A stretch of 64,000 nucleotides of DNA. It comes from Octopus vulgaris (taxonomy: Eukaryota). The position numbers and the translations under genes are program-made. Below are positions 38,338 to 53,125 of this stretch, in pieces. The stretch spans positions 682,001 to 746,000 of the forward strand of contig OX597836.1 of assembly GCA_951406725.2 (NCBI GenBank). The letters are read 5' to 3'. A model generated the notes under the pieces. That model ran no database searches. It was not told where the DNA came from and saw nothing but the letters and a program-made list of their open reading frames with translations. The stretch's first letter is position 1. Each line of letters begins with the position of its first letter.

Positions 38338-38995
38338 TTGAGGCTGGATATCATGCTCCATTCTAGTTCTCAAAATAACTTATTTTGATTAAACTCACCA
38401 TGCCATTTGAAATGAGAATAGACTGAAGACTGAAAAATATGCATGTCTGGCCCACAGCCTGAGGGAAGCAAACTTCTGGGTCAAGGTTCTTGTCATACAG
38501 GTTGAAAGCACAGGATTTGTGGGCAAATCTGCTTGCGATCTAATGAAACAACTTTCGGTCTCTGGGAAGAACAGGACCAAAGCCCTAAAAGCAATAGCAG
38601 AAACAGTGAAGAGATATTTCCAGCTGGATCCAGTCAAGGAGGGACAAAGCGACCTCATACCATTTGAATATTTTTGTATTTTGGTGCCGACTGAAGCAAC
38701 TCTGAGTGAGTCATTGGGATAGTGTTGATGCTGCATTGCTACCATGACAACCAATATTTTTTTCTCTAAGTATAACTTTGAAAGTTGAGTCAGTCAACGG
38801 AGAAGAATTACAACTAGATGAGATCTCCAAGTAGTTTCAATGCACAAGTCCAGTATTCAAGTGGCTAAAAAGTGTCAGCAAAAGGGTACCCAGGTGTCAT
38901 GACCTGGATGTGGCCCCTTTAGAGGGTAAGAAGTTAAGGGTTGAAACACTTGTCTGAGCGAGTTTTCTTCTCTGAAGATCTTCTGCTGTCCAACT
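38338..38995 (+). mobile_element. 3' end of an RLE-type non-LTR retrotransposon (HERO/R2-group-like)
   Basis: LRLDIMLHSSSQ..LIKLTMPFE..KTEKYACL..VIQVESTGFVGKSA..KALKAIAET fits the RPD..IELTVP.E..K..KY..VEVG.RGF restriction-like endonuclease pattern. Confidence 0.75.
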
Positions 38996-41900
38996 CTTGA
39001 GTTTCTTACCACTAGATAGTGACATCACCATTTGTGACACTTGTTGTCCAAAAATTGTCTGTTAGCACTGTGCTTCTCCCTGAAATAAAGAATTCCTTGA
39101 AAAACAGGCAAGTGTTTGGTGACAGGTAGAGCACCTGGACATGGAAATACTGCCATAAGTACCTTGACCACCTAAGCGATACTAGCCTGAAAAAAACAGG
39201 CATCAAATGAATGAACAAGCATATAATGTAGTATAGTAGTCTGGACATGTTGTGCTTTTTCCATTGCCCTGACTATTATTTTGCAGTGGTGGTCACAGCC
39301 TAGGAAGGCAAAATGGACTTAGATGGAGAATATGAATGCTGTTGTTACTTAGCTTTAAGAACTGATGTTTGTATGTCAGCAGTATTTGTGGTTAATGAAG
39401 AAATTGATATTGCTAACATTTATGTGTGAATATTGCGAGATGAAACTAAAAAATAACTTTAATATTTTAATATAAGCAGAAGGCCTTATTTGAGGGGGCA
39501 GCAGATTTACCATAGTAAATAGGGAGTATTTTATTAATCCATAGCATGGTGTAGGTGAAAGACAATGCAAAAATTTAGAGAAGGAAAATGAAATACTCTT
39601 ACATAATTTATTTGATACTCTTTCAATTCTGCAACAATAATACCACTATCTCTTATCTAACAGCCACAATAATATCTTCAGTACTGTGACCATAACAGAC
39701 CATATCAATAATAAAATCATCTCAACCTTAATTCTACAAGCAATTACAGAACTATCATGAGCACCTCAATAGCAACAGCTACAATAACATTAGCAACATC
39801 TCTACACCAACACTACAACATCACTCACTACAACACAATTATCACTCAGCTATAAAAGTATTCATTTCTCAGATACATCCACACAATTATTCAAACCTAC
39901 ATCAAACAAATAAGCTAAAACAAACATCTATCATATCATAACCAAATATCAAGCTCAACAACAGCATAAACATATCAGAAACACACCCAAGATAAATGTA
40001 TCAGGAATGAAGAACAATTTCTCTGCAACATTTATTGTTCAAGTAGGAAAATAAATACAATGTACAAACACTCATAGGGCACCCACAAAGTGAGTGTCTA
40101 GATTATGGCCGTCTTGTTTATGCTCCCAATCTATCCATAGTAAAGCGCCATGAACTACAGAGAACACAAAACAGTATGATTCACATAACAGACTGAACAC
40201 AGCAAATAAAGTCTCTCCTTCATTCATTCTCCCTGCTCCACTACCATACACTCTTACAAATCTTATACACAACCACACGTAAGTTTTCTGCATTTGCTGT
40301 CAATGTTTCACTACCATACTGGATCAAACATCTTGCATATTCTATGAATAGTTTGACACAATAAAGGAGTCCCTATACAGTAACTCAGTTTGCTAGAAAT
40401 AGGAGGTGAATCTCTGCCAAGCACATGCTCCCACTAACCTCTTAAAAAGTGGAGGATACATTGGACAATGCAGCCCTGTGTGTGTGTATGAACAAATAGT
40501 CAAAGCTGGAAATTTTTGATCATAGATATGCTGTCCCATGTTTCATTGCTATATAACATCACTCTTCAGGCACAGGCATACATCATATAGTAAGACTTCT
40601 TTATGTGTGTAAATCCTTAAATCCTTAAAAATGTTTTAGCCCGAAGGCCACGGCCATGCTGGGGCACCATATTTATATATGTGTAAGTGCATGTGTGTGT
40701 GTGTGCACGTGCGTGTATAAACTTTTTATTGCCAATAGAACGGGTAGTTCTTTAAACCTCTTCTACACTGTTCACACCCTAAGCACATACCGCAGCTAAT
40801 AATAGCTCCACCTCCAATAAACAATTATGTCACCTAGGCAACAGAACTTATCTCCTACTTCCTTCTGAGCCATCCAAGCAATCAATCCATGATTTCCCCA
40901 TTACTTCACTGTTCTTGCAGTTAGCTACTCTAGTGCATCTGGTGCACCTTTAAGTTCAGGTTCCGTGTTCATCTGCCAAAGATACCTCCTCCTCTCAATG
41001 CACATTGTTATGCACCCTTTGTTTGCAGTCATTATGCAGCATTGAATAGTTCCTGCCTACTTGCTGCGTGATGCCATTTGCATGATGATGGTGACATCAG
41101 AGGGAAAAAAGACAACAACGACAAAATGAACACCAGCAATAAAATAAAGTAAGCAATGATAGCAACAGAAGCAACAACAGCACTGCCAGCAGCAGCAGCA
41201 GCAGCAGCAGTACCACAACCACTACCACTACCACTACCACCACAACAACAATGAAACAGCAGCCAGTAATAACGACAAGTTGAACAGCAACAAGGAAAGA
41301 AAACAGCTAAATAAAAAAACACCACCACCACTGCCATCACCACCACCAATAACAATAATCACCACAAACAACAACAACCACCTTTACACCCACACACACT
41401 CCATACATAAATTACTGAAAGAAGAATAAAGGGAGAATTAGATTGAATTAATGGAAGCTTAGCAGAAATCTTTCAGAAAAGAATCACTCAAGTTTAGCAA
41501 TAAATAAATTACTAAATATATAGATAAAATAGATTAAAAATGATGATGGTTATAAAATGATGATGTTGGCGATGATGACAATGATGGTGTAAGTTATGAT
41601 GATGATGATGGTGATGTGGGGGATAACAAAAATACACAGTAATTGGCAAAGGAAGAAAAGGACAGAAAAACAGACATGCAAAATCAAAAGGATATCAAAT
41701 ATATGACAGAAATAATGTGTGTGTGTGTGTGTGAGAAGGTATATCTGTGTTTGTGTGTGTCTATATATATATATCATCATCATCAACTTTTTAGCGTCTA
41801 ATTTTCCAAGTTTGCTTGCATGGGGCAGATGAGAATGTGTTGGAGCAGAGTTATGTCTAGCTGCACGCCCTTCTTGTCACCAATCCTCCCTTGTTTCCAA

Positions 41901-42144
41901 GCAAAATAATAATCTCTCTCAGTCTAACAAGAAACAAATAAACTGGACACCTTTTATGCAAAGAACTGGAAACAAATGAAACTGTATAAACGATTCTTTT
42001 GTTTACATGGATTGTGCAACATGCCAGGACATGACAAGAAGCCTAAACATGCTCTTGTGGTGGATTACAAGTAAATGACACTGTCAGCAAAGCCATTGTT
42101 TACAACCAGTGAGCAAACACATGTGAAGATGAGGGAAATATGAA

Positions 42145-42177
<33 letters not shown>

Positions 42178-43165
42178 AAACACAGACACGAGTACTCCTC
42201 CACTCCTGCCCATCACTTACTACATTCACTTCTATCCCCAGCCCTAACCTTCTCTTAGTCTCTCTTCACACTTTTATAACATCTCAACCCACTCCTGATC
42301 CACTCTCCACATCTTCTCTTGATCATCAATGGTTTTTCTTGTTTGCTTACCCTCTTCTCAGCTACATCCACCCTGGTATAATGCATGGGAGCCACATATC
42401 TTCTCTATTGCAGAACACCTGTGCTTGTCCCTATGCCATACTTTAGCCACCTAACACCTGGCATACACCTACTTCTCCCCTCACTCACCCACTAATTCAA
42501 AGTGGGATTTTTCATTTTCTTGTTTCTTTTCCAGCCCTGAAAGTTATGTGGTGACCTCACTAGTGCTGGTGACACACAAAAAATACTCAGTACACACCGT
42601 AATGTTGTTGGCATTAGAAAGGGCATCCAGCTGCAGGAACCATGCCAAAACAGACAACTGGAGCTCAATGCAGTCCTGCAGCTCATTGGAGGGAGACAAA
42701 CAGTCCAACCCAAGCCAGCATAGAAAACAAATGTTAAATGATGATGCTGGTGATATATAAATGGTGTATATTAGATGCATCTTGGACTATGCATGTTAGT
42801 TCTACTTAGATATGCAATCTTTCCACAACAAATTACAAAGAATACAAAACAACATGACATGCTCTCCTCATAACTGTTTGTATACCCCTACAGACCACTT
42901 CCACAAAACAAAAATATGTTAAATGAAAGACCCTTGCTGGAAATAGGACAGGCACAATTTATGTTTGTTAAGTGTGTGCATGTGTGTATGTTTGTGTGAA
43001 AGCTTTCTCACAGCACTGATGAAATGAATATATATACATATATATACATAGTGTATGTATATATGCCCTCATACACATAAGTGCATACATACAATGCCCA
43101 TGCATGAATGTATATTTTTATCTGTGTGTATTTGTGTATAAGTGTGGTGTGGTATGTGCATTTAG

Positions 43166-43207
<42 letters not shown>

Positions 43208-43224
43208 ATATATATATACATACA

Positions 43225-43255
<31 letters not shown>

Positions 43256-44759
43256 ATTAGCATACTGACCCTCCCAAGATGCAAAAAATTAAATGCACAT
43301 ATATCTCTACAAACACACAGCCTATATATGAGATTGACTTACTTCTCCCCTTACTACTACCACTACTACTATATCCACAAGTAAAACAGTGACGTTCCAT
43401 TTATTCATCTGTAAGAAATTTTTACAGTAAAAATTAATTGCGTTGATAATAAGAGATCAATATGATGTATATTTGTGTTATGTGTATATGCTATATATAA
43501 GTGTGTGTTGGGGAGACAAGAATGCTGATGTATGTGTAGAATGGAATGTAAGATCAACTTTGATAAGATTTGAACTCAAAAAATTAAGAAATGTAACTAA
43601 ATACTGCAAAGTTACTAATTCTGCCATACATCAATCTTAATAATACCAGGCCACAAAGTTTAGAGAAGGCAACAATTATGCAAGTAATTGACAAGGACTT
43701 ATTTTAGTGACACCAAAAAAATGAAAGGCCAATTTAGCCTTGTTGAAAATTTAACACAGAATGAAATGAAGTGTTACCATGCTGGAAGCAGGAGGAGGAT
43801 ATTTTGTTCAATGCGTAACTGTTAGTTCAGTCTTTTATAATAACGATGAACATTTATCAGAGAATATCATAGACTCTTGGCAAATATTTTATTAAATTGT
43901 GAGAAGGCAAAAGGGCAGAGAGAATGTGAAAGGATCTGAACTCAGAATGTAGAAGCTCATTGCAAAGTATTCAGTAATGTCATACAGATAATAAAATATC
44001 TTAGATTAGCTCAAGTGGGCTAATACTGTTATTAAGCCTAAGTCAGTAATGAATGAGTAGACATTTGATGGAAGGTGTTGCAGCTATGATCATCCTGTTT
44101 TATTTTTTCAGACATAATGTATATTTAGAACTATATTCTGCAATGCTTGATTCTTTTCTACTAAAAGTAAGTTGTGATGTGAGGAGGATTTTCGGAGACA
44201 GCAGCATGTGATTTGTATGCATGTATACATATATGCATACAGGTAGACAGACAATGAAAATAATATAGCATTGAAGAAAAATAAAATAGATCATATATGT
44301 ATATAATACAGTATTAGGCTGAAGTGGAGGGTAAATGAAAGTGGAGGAAAAGCTATGAAACAATAACTGAAAAGTAGCCCATGTCCTCACATACGAGCAC
44401 ACACACACAAATACACAATCATCCTCTTGACCTAACTTCTACATCACACTACAACCACCTTCGCAAGACAATGATGTATCATGATGACATGTTCTTTCCA
44501 GTTCACAATGGTAAAACAATTCTTCTTTCACATGGAGTGAATATGGAGATTGATGATAGTAAAATTTGTTGTTGCTTAGTCCAGGTTAGCCCTGGTGTAG
44601 CAAACATGTGATAACCATCATAACCATCCTGTCTTTTATTCAGATATATTATATCTAGAACTACATTTATGTATTGTAGAGTGCAATTTGAGTGAGATTT
44701 AGCTGCTCTTTTTCATGGGATTATAATCATGTAGAGTTCTTTTATTGATTCAAGCCCCA

Positions 44760-45155
44760 ATGAGCACTGCAACACAGGTGTCATTGAATGGTCTCTCAAC
44801 AATACTGGAAAAGTTCAAAGGAAAATAAAATAATGAAATGATTGTATATAGTGTTCAGGTGTACTACAACTCATCAAAGGTGAATGTACAGTACATAGAA
44901 TTATGTGCAAAAGTGAAGGAAGTGAAGAGTGTAAGAGTCATGATATACATGTGTGCATGCATATGGAGTGGGTGATATCAGGTGTAGTGTTGGTGAATTC
45001 CAGGAAGCATGGAGGTTTTAAAGGAAGCAATGTCTTGGCAACAAACAACTGATGCAGGTGGATTGTTCCATGCTTCAGCAACTCTGAGTGTGATAAAATG
45101 TTTCCAAAAGTTATAGGAGCTATGCTGTTTTCTGACTTTGTAGACATGCCCACAT
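44760..45155 (-). mobile_element. CR1-group LINE 3' end
   Basis: GHVYKVRKQHSSYNFWKHFITLRVAEAWNNPPASVVCCQDIASFKTSM matches the RGH..K....RKHFF..RV...WN.LP..VV......FK C-terminal motif. Confidence 0.75.
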
Positions 45156-45640
45156 CCATAATCCTTTGCAGCTATTTGGGAGCTCTGTACACCCTGTTTG
45201 CAACAGATGTCAAAAGTGTGTTGATTCTTGTTGATTATGCCAATGTAGAGAAGAAATGACAGAAAATAGATTGTCTTTGGAAAAAAGCAACATCAGTCAG
45301 GTTGTGTATCTCTCCATCAAAATGTGAGCTTCATGGTAGGATCATACCTTTACGCAAAGCAGTGAACTGAACTAGTTTAGATGTGTAGTATGAGTGGTGT
45401 AGCTGACGTCTCAAGCCTTGTTATTGTGGCAAGTGTACTGCTGTTAGATGTAGTGTTTGCTTTAGTCCAGTATCAGCTAGGGTGACCCAGTGTAGATCTC
45501 TTTCTGCTTTTTGGAGGTCAAGAGACGTGTAAGGAGATGGTTCATTGCTTTAATGTGTCCTGCAGTACTTCTGTTAAGTGACTGGTGGCCCATTCTAATG
45601 GAAGGGGAGGTGGGGCTAGATTTGTAGTCACGGGGCCAGC

Positions 45641-46970
45641 TCCCCTGGGAGCTCCTCTATGCTGATGACCTGGCCCTCATAGCAGAATCACAACCAGAAC
45701 TAGAGAAGAAATTCCAGGTGTGGAAGCAAGGTTTAGAATCGAAAGGCCTTAGAGTCAATGTTGCAAAGACCAACACATCACACACCCCTTCAGGTAGGTG
45801 GTCCTGCTCGATCTGTAGAAAAGGTGTAGGTAGAAACTCCATTAGAAATACCGAGTGTAAGCTATGGACACATTAGAGGTGCAGCAACATCAAAGGAAGA
45901 TTAACCGAGAAGATAGCTTTCATGTGTGGCAGATGCACAGGGACAATAAACACCACAGATGCTCAGAAAACAGATTCCATCACATGCCAGGGGAAGAAAC
46001 TAGAAATAGTTGATAGCTTCCACTACCTAGGTGACCAAGTCTGTAGTGGGGTGGATGCTCAGAGAGTGTTACCACTAGAATAAGAATAGCCAGGGCAAAG
46101 TTCAGAAAGCTCCTACCCCTACTGGCGACAAAGGCCTCTTGCTCAGAGTGAAAGGTAGACAGTACGATGCATGCGTGTGAACTGCCATGCTTCATGGCAG
46201 TGAAACATGGGCCGTGACTGCTGATGACATGTGTAGGCTCGAAAGAACTGAAGCTAGCATGACCAACTGGATGTGTAATGTCAGTGTGCATGCACGACAG
46301 AGTGTTAATGCCCTGAGAGAAATGTTGGACATAAGAAGCATCCAATGTGGCATACATTGGTATGGTCATGTACTACGGATGGATGAGGAGATCTGTATGA
46401 AGAAGTTCCACTCCCAAACAGTGGAAGGAATCTGGGGTAGAGATAGACCTAGGAAGACATGGGGTGAGGTGGTGAAGCATGACTTTTGAATGTTTGGCCT
46501 CACAGAGGCAATGAAAAAAGACCGAGACCTCTGGAGATATGCTGTGACTGAGAAGACCTGACAAATAAAGTGAGTTCACAGCTGTAACCTACACCAGTGT
46601 CACATAACCAGCCCACTCAAAAGTACCTTGGATCGTAGGGCGACATGCTGTGCTTGAGAAGACCTGTTGAGTCAAGTACATCAAAACCAAAATCAAATAG
46701 AAATTGTAGTTGTGATCCCTGTGCCGGTGGCACATAAAAAGCACTAACCAATCGTGGTCATTGCCAGTCCCATCTGGCCCCTGTGCCGATGGCACATAAA
46801 AAGCACCCACTACACTCATGGAGTGGTTGGCGTTAGGAAGGGCATACAGCTGTAGAAACACTGCCACATCAGACTGGAACCTGGTGCAGCCTCCTGGCTT
46901 TCCAGACCTCAGTCGAACTGTTCAACCTATGGCAGCATGGAAAATGGATGATGATGATGATGATGATGAT
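45641..46970 (+). mobile_element. Older copy of the PHD-containing RTE LINE
   Basis: Colinear with 31604-33198 (PWELLYADDL, CSICRKGVGRNS, MLHGSETW, same 3' UTR and (GAT)n), with several indels and stops. Confidence 0.92.
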
Positions 46971-47654
46971 CAACATCATCATTTAATAAGACTACTGATG
47001 CATGTTGGCAGACTACAAATGCATGCTGGCAGATATGTCAGCAACCATCAACTGAGTGTAATGGTCATGGACTTAGGAGACTGTGGTGTGATAGTTTCAG
47101 GCCAACACTTGGTGAACAACTGTTAGCGTATCATCATAAACAGGTACATAGTAGTGTATTGTCAACTTGAAACTAGTAAGGTGTCATGTAAATTTAGTTG
47201 CTATTTCTTACAGGTTGAGTGACTACATAAAGACTCTGTTGATGAAGCTCCACACTAGCTCAAAGCTCATTTGTTTGTTTGTTTATTGTTAAGTGATGGT
47301 GGTGAATGATGGTTGTAGCGAACTGGTAGGATGGTGAATAGTCACAATGGTATTGCGTAGCCATAAGTCAACCTTGATTGAGCTGAAATATGTTCAAAGG
47401 CAGTTCAGCTGTTGAATGCATCTTCCCCTTTTTTAAGACAGCAAAGTGTGATATTAGGGAAATTTGGCTACATTTAGCAGATTGTTGTGCTTGAATGTAG
47501 TGGTGTTAGAATTGCAGAGTGGTATTCTAATAGAATAGAATAGGTGCTCTGAAGTGAGTATAGCTGTTAATAATAAAGTGAACATGTTCTGAAGTGGCTG
47601 GTTGGAAACCAATATAGATAAAACAATATGAGGCAGAAAAAAAATGTGTTGGGC

Positions 47655-47761
47655 TGAAAATGATGGCAATAGGTGTGGTGAAAATGATGGCAATAGGTGT
47701 GGTGAAGATGATGGCAATAGGTGTGGTGAAGATGATGGCAATAGGTGTGGTGAAGATGATG
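47655..47761. repeat. 24-bp minisatellite, about 4.4 copies
   Basis: Unit TGAA(A/G)ATGATGGCAATAGGTGTGG at 47655, 47679, 47703 and 47727. Confidence 0.95.
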
Positions 47762-48932
47762 ATGGTTGTAATGGAAATCGTGGTTAGGAAGATCATGATG
47801 ACAGTGATGATGTCACTGGTAGAGATGACGATGGGCAACAATAACGGTAATGATGATGATGCAGAAGAGAATGATGGTGGTTGTGATGAAGATGGTGATG
47901 TAGAATATGGAAAACTAGAAGCATATTGGTAGTGATAACAAATGCAACGACAATCTATTTTCTAAATGTCTAATAATCACCATTGATAATTTGTGAGTGC
48001 TTGTGTGTTTATTATTTACTTTTAGAGTGAGAGTGAGTATCAACAGCACTTGTAAACAAGGAGAGGTTGATGTAGTTGAGAATCGGCTGGAACAGATGTC
48101 TATTGGGAAAAACATGTAGGAAGGAACGAAGATCTAGATAAATGTAGCAAATGCTGGTGTGGGAGGATTGGATAGAATCCTTCAGGGAAGATTTTGGTAC
48201 TGGAGAAATCACAGGCCATTACCTATACATTGTTGAGTGAGAGAGAGAGAGAGGTGGGGACAAAGTATGTCAGTGAAAGTCGTAGTAAAATGTAAAACAG
48301 CAGAATGTAAAGTAACAAAGCGATGTTCTGCATTGGAAAATATTAATACAAATAATCCAAACAGAGAAAGACAAAAAAATCACAATGAGAAAGAAGAGAG
48401 ATCTAATGTTTGGAGTAGAATCCTTCATCGGAGATGAAATGCGGAATGGCTTTGCAGGAAAAACATGTAATGAGTAATGGGGGGTGTGAGGAAAAACATG
48501 GAAACTTAAATAATAATAAAGAAGGAGAAAGGGGAAGTAACAGAGAGTAACAAGTGTTAGGAAGGGGGACAACTATCAGAGCCAAGAGAAATAAGTGAAG
48601 CCTGCAGGTTTGAAAGAAGTTGACAAGTGATCATCTACATGTCGATAAGACGGAGCTGGACTACAATTTATATATTCTTTTATTCTTTTACTTGTTTCAG
48701 TCAATGTAGGGGTGAATGTAATGAGTGGGCAAAAAGGTTGGGTGATCGGAGTAGATATGTGATGGTGCTAAGAATGAGGAATGTGTGTTACTAGAATGTA
48801 GCTGAGGAGAGCACAGAAACGGTGCTCCAAGGAAAATATGAGAAGTGTGGGATAATGTTAACAATACGGGGTAGGTGTCAAAAAGAAGGGATAACTGGTA
48901 ACATAGAAAGGGATGATGAAATATATGGTGGT

Positions 48933-48969
<37 letters not shown>

Positions 48970-49046
48970 GTATGTATATCTATATATAAATACATGCATA
49001 TATCTATATATATATATATCTATGTGTATGCATATATATATGTGTA

Positions 49047-49087
<41 letters not shown>

Positions 49088-49316
49088 GAAATATATTGGG
49101 TAGCAAATATTTAGAGAAATTTCACTACCAGTGGCCTAGCATGTATAAAAAGTCAATAGACAACATATTCTCAATATAAAATAGTGTACATTTAAACACA
49201 AGAGAAATTACCTTTAACAGGTAATTCTACACACTAGAAGAAGCAGTCAAAACGACCAAAACCACATTTAAGAGCAATTTCGAAGGGAATGAAAAATAAA
49301 TAAATATATATATATG

Positions 49317-49359
<43 letters not shown>

Positions 49360-52300
49360 TTCGCCAGCCCTCAGTCAAAATCGTCCAACCCATGCTAGCA
49401 TGGAAAACGGACGTTAAACGATGATGATATATATATATATATACATACACACAAACATACATAGAGAGATATGTTTATATATATTCATGTTATATACATA
49501 CACAAACATGCACATATATGCCTACATGCACACACACACACACATCGTCATCATGTAATCACCATTTTCCATGCTAGCATGAGTTGGTCAGTTCAAAAGG
49601 ATCCAATGAGTTAGAGGGCTGCATTGGAACCCAATGTCTGCTGTAGTATGGTTTTTATGGCTGGATGCTATTCCTAATACCAACCACTTTTTATTGTGTG
49701 ATAGTTGTAAATAAGTGTCGCTGTCATACAAACATTGTCATTCATTTTCAATGTTCAGTGAAAGCATGTCTTGCCATGGGGAAATATTACTTTGCTTGGC
49801 AGTAGGGAAGGGTGGGCAACAGGAAGGGCATCCAGTCACAGAAAATCTGCCTCAATAAACTTTGAGAACAATGAGGATGATGACATGACCACAGGCATAT
49901 ACTGATGGAAGATGACATAAGAAGGGTTGAGCAAAAATATCTTGATTTTGTTAATTTATGTCCAGGTTGACTTCCCTCTTTTTCCCCTTAATCAATAAGT
50001 ACTAAACAAAGTATTTGTGCAAAATGAGTAAAACCCTCAAACAAAGTACCCTGGCATAGTCACAGTTCAATGTGTACAATGTTACCTTCTGTGTTTATAG
50101 AGATCTATCCATATTTCTAGAGCTCTTCACTCAAAATTGTAGGTGTAAATGGTAGCTGGTAGAGAACCATGGCAATAATGTCATTTATCAATGGAACATC
50201 ATCACAGAGTCAAGAAGAATTTTCGTGTTAACTCTACGTAACTTACAATAGTCAGTAATTTTTCTTAATTTATCACTAGGTTTCTAGATGTATGATATCT
50301 GCTTTGGTTTCTATTTTGCTGTGAATATGGCTCCCATTGCCTATCTTGGAATTATTTTAGGGAACTCTTGATAGGAAGGTTGTGTTAACTCTGTAGCTTT
50401 GAAAATGTATACATTTATGCAAAAATATGAGAGAACAATGAATCAAATACTATAAGCATAGGTGGGATAGATATCACTCACAATCAATCCCATTCTTTTT
50501 ATGCATAATATAGGGGCCAGCTAAGAACAACAGTATTCTTCTACCTATGAAGTAACTTACAATAAATTTTATAATATTTCTAAGAGTAGAAGCAAGTGTA
50601 TTAAACAATATTTTGCTTTATCTGGTCACCAATTTTTCAACAGACAAGTTTAAATTGCATACATATGTACACACACACACACATACACACCGTTGTGGTG
50701 AGAGTCTTGATACCCCCTTGCAAGAAATAGACTGGACCAAGCGATTACAAATAGTAGTGATTGGAGTGAAGTTTGTGTGTTAGTTCGAGTTGAGTTCACA
50801 GTGAGGTTGGAAGGTGTTGGTTGGTTTGTTCATTTGGAATATTGATTGTTGGTTTGTGAAGAGATTGTTAGATCGTTGTTATTACAGCTGTGTTATCTTG
50901 TTTACTGTTAGAGTGTATCTAAACCATCCGTCACAATATCATGGTGGTATCACGACATTTCAAGACAGAGGATACTACACACACACACACACATACATAC
51001 AAAATCATCATCATTATCATCATCATCGTCGTCGTTGTCGTCATCGTCGTCGTCATCATCATTTAATGTCCATTTTCCATGCTTGGATGAATTGGACAGT
51101 TGGACTGGTTTCAGTGAGTCACAGAGCAATGCCAAGCTCCAGTGTTAGATTTGGCATGGTTTCTTGGTTGAATACCCTTCCTAATGTCATCCACATTACA
51201 GTGTGCACTGGGTACCTCTTTTTCTTGTGTCACTGGCACTAGTGAAGTTGCCGAGTAACTATGGAAAAAAATCTCCTACTACTAAGTGAAAGAGATGGCT
51301 TTATGCTGAAGTTAAATTATGATAGAGAGACAAGTCTAGGTGTCTTGTTACAGAGGGAATATGTGTGTGGGAGGAGTTGGGAGGGGATAAAGATGAAAGT
51401 GGTATAGTGTCAGAGCAAACTCTCAAGGTACAGGAAAGTGAACTAAAAGAGAACACAGACAGTGGGTCAGAGGAGGGGAAGAGAGAGAGGGTACTTTTAT
51501 AAGTGGGTGAGAGGAGAGTAACATGATTAGAGATGGGGTAGAAGCAGTATGTTTGGTGGGAAATATCTATGAAGATAGGGTAAGGTGAGAAATGGAAATA
51601 GCTGAGGAAGGATGGCTCAGAAGGTAGTGGGAGCTGAAGTGCAAAGAGAAGGAGTGGAAAGGAAGGAGATTTAAGGTACATAACTGAAAGTACAGAAAAG
51701 CAGTGATCCATGAAAAAGCATGGGTGGGGAAGGGAAGATAATGGGGAAGAGAAACAGGTGGTGCAAAGAAAGTGGGGAAGTAAAATGTGCCAACAACAGC
51801 AATGAAATTTAAACCCAAGGGGATACCAGCCAGAGGGGGGGGGGGAGACAGAAGAGGTACATTGAGAAACTGACTAACATAACCATAGAATGGACTGGTG
51901 TTTGTAAGGGTAGGGGGTTAGTCACTGGGCATAGAATGGGGGCTTAAGTTACTTATACTTGAACTTTGAAAGGGAAAGGGTAAGCAGAAAGATTGCATGC
52001 TGGCAAGATAATGGGGTGCAATCTCTGCTGTGTGTGTGTGCGTGAGTGTGTGTGTGTGTGTGTATGTAACCCATCCACCCACAATGTATTTAAATTTTGT
52101 TGCTGCTAGTTTCATACTTGTATCTTCTCTTTAACTGCTTGATCATGTGTTTGCTCACCATGCTGGTCCTGTAGGGTGCATCTGCTGGTTACATTTAAAG
52201 TGTGATGCCATGCATTGCTGAATACTGAAACATATGTAACAGTTAAAATAAAGGACTACTACCAAGTCAGTGGCCATGTTCTTTCCTCTTATTATTGTTG

Positions 52301-52532
52301 TGCTCTTTGTATGTGGATGACCTGAGTGTACAAGCGATGGTGGGAGTTTAATAAAATTAACATAGGAGTTGAAACTTAAATGTCACTTCTGAATGTGTGT
52401 GGATTCAAACTATAACACATACATCCCATGCAAGTATGAAAAAAAGATGATAATGGTAATGATGATATATACTCAAGTTCGTATATATTTACTCATGTAC
52501 ACATTTATATATACTGACATAATCATCATTAT

Positions 52533-52775
52533 TTAGTAATATTGATCCCCCATGTTCCTGTTCAGAATCGATGAGCTTTTACCTTCCTTGAGTTCTCTCC
52601 AATGTTCATTTACCCGCTCTCCTATGCTTCTTGCCGTTTCCCCTACGTATGTCATTGTCTTGTTACTGCATCGTCCCTCTATACATCTTATACTATAGAC
52701 TACATTTCTGGCTTTACAGTTTGTTTGTGGGCTAAATCTACATACAGTACAGTACTTATCCGTACAGGGGGTTCT
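52533..52775 (-). mobile_element. Penelope-like GIY-YIG endonuclease fragment
   Basis: CTDKYCTVC..NCKARNVVYSIRC..TYVGETARSIGERVNEH shows the VVY-YVG motif, catalytic R, EH and upstream Cys motif. Confidence 0.85.
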
Positions 52776-52798
52776 AGATAGATAGATAGATAGATATT

Positions 52799-52975
52799 GT
52801 GTGTTGTGAATCCCATACAACTCAATAATTTTTTTAAAAGGGAGAAGAGATGTTAGAATATAAGAGAATTTTAAAATTTAAATTTTAAAATTCTCTTATA
52901 TTTTAACATTTCTTCTCCATTTTTAACAAAAGTGTTGAGTTGTACGGGATTCCTTTCCCTTAATTCACAACACAC
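52799..52975. repeat. Loopless palindrome adjoining the GIY-YIG fragment
   Basis: Centre at 52879/52880. The 39 central pairs have only two G-T mismatches. Outer arms GAATCCCATACAACTCAA / TTGAGTTGTACGGGATTC and GTGTGTTGTGAAT / ATTCACAACACAC. Confidence 0.92.
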
Positions 52976-53125
52976 CATATACAAGTATTATTTTCATTTT
53001 TGCAGGCTTAAGCCAGTAAGCTACCAGCGAAATATGAAGAATGTATATTAGAAATCTTTTTATGGAAACCTCCAAATTAAAGGCTGAATCTAATTCAACC
53101 TTTTTACACATATATTACTATATAA

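Noticed and set aside
38395-38754. 119-aa minus-strand ORF ending at an ATG|GTGAGT donor-like site
   Set aside because: It is antisense to the RLE endonuclease relic and has no convincing upstream acceptor or recognisable protein. Exonisation is not excluded but is unsupported.
47454-47932. Repetitive ORFs (MMAIGVVK, PSSSPHLL, TTPIAIIF repeats)
   Set aside because: They are products of the 24-bp minisatellite and adjacent GAT-rich low-complexity DNA, with no splice support.
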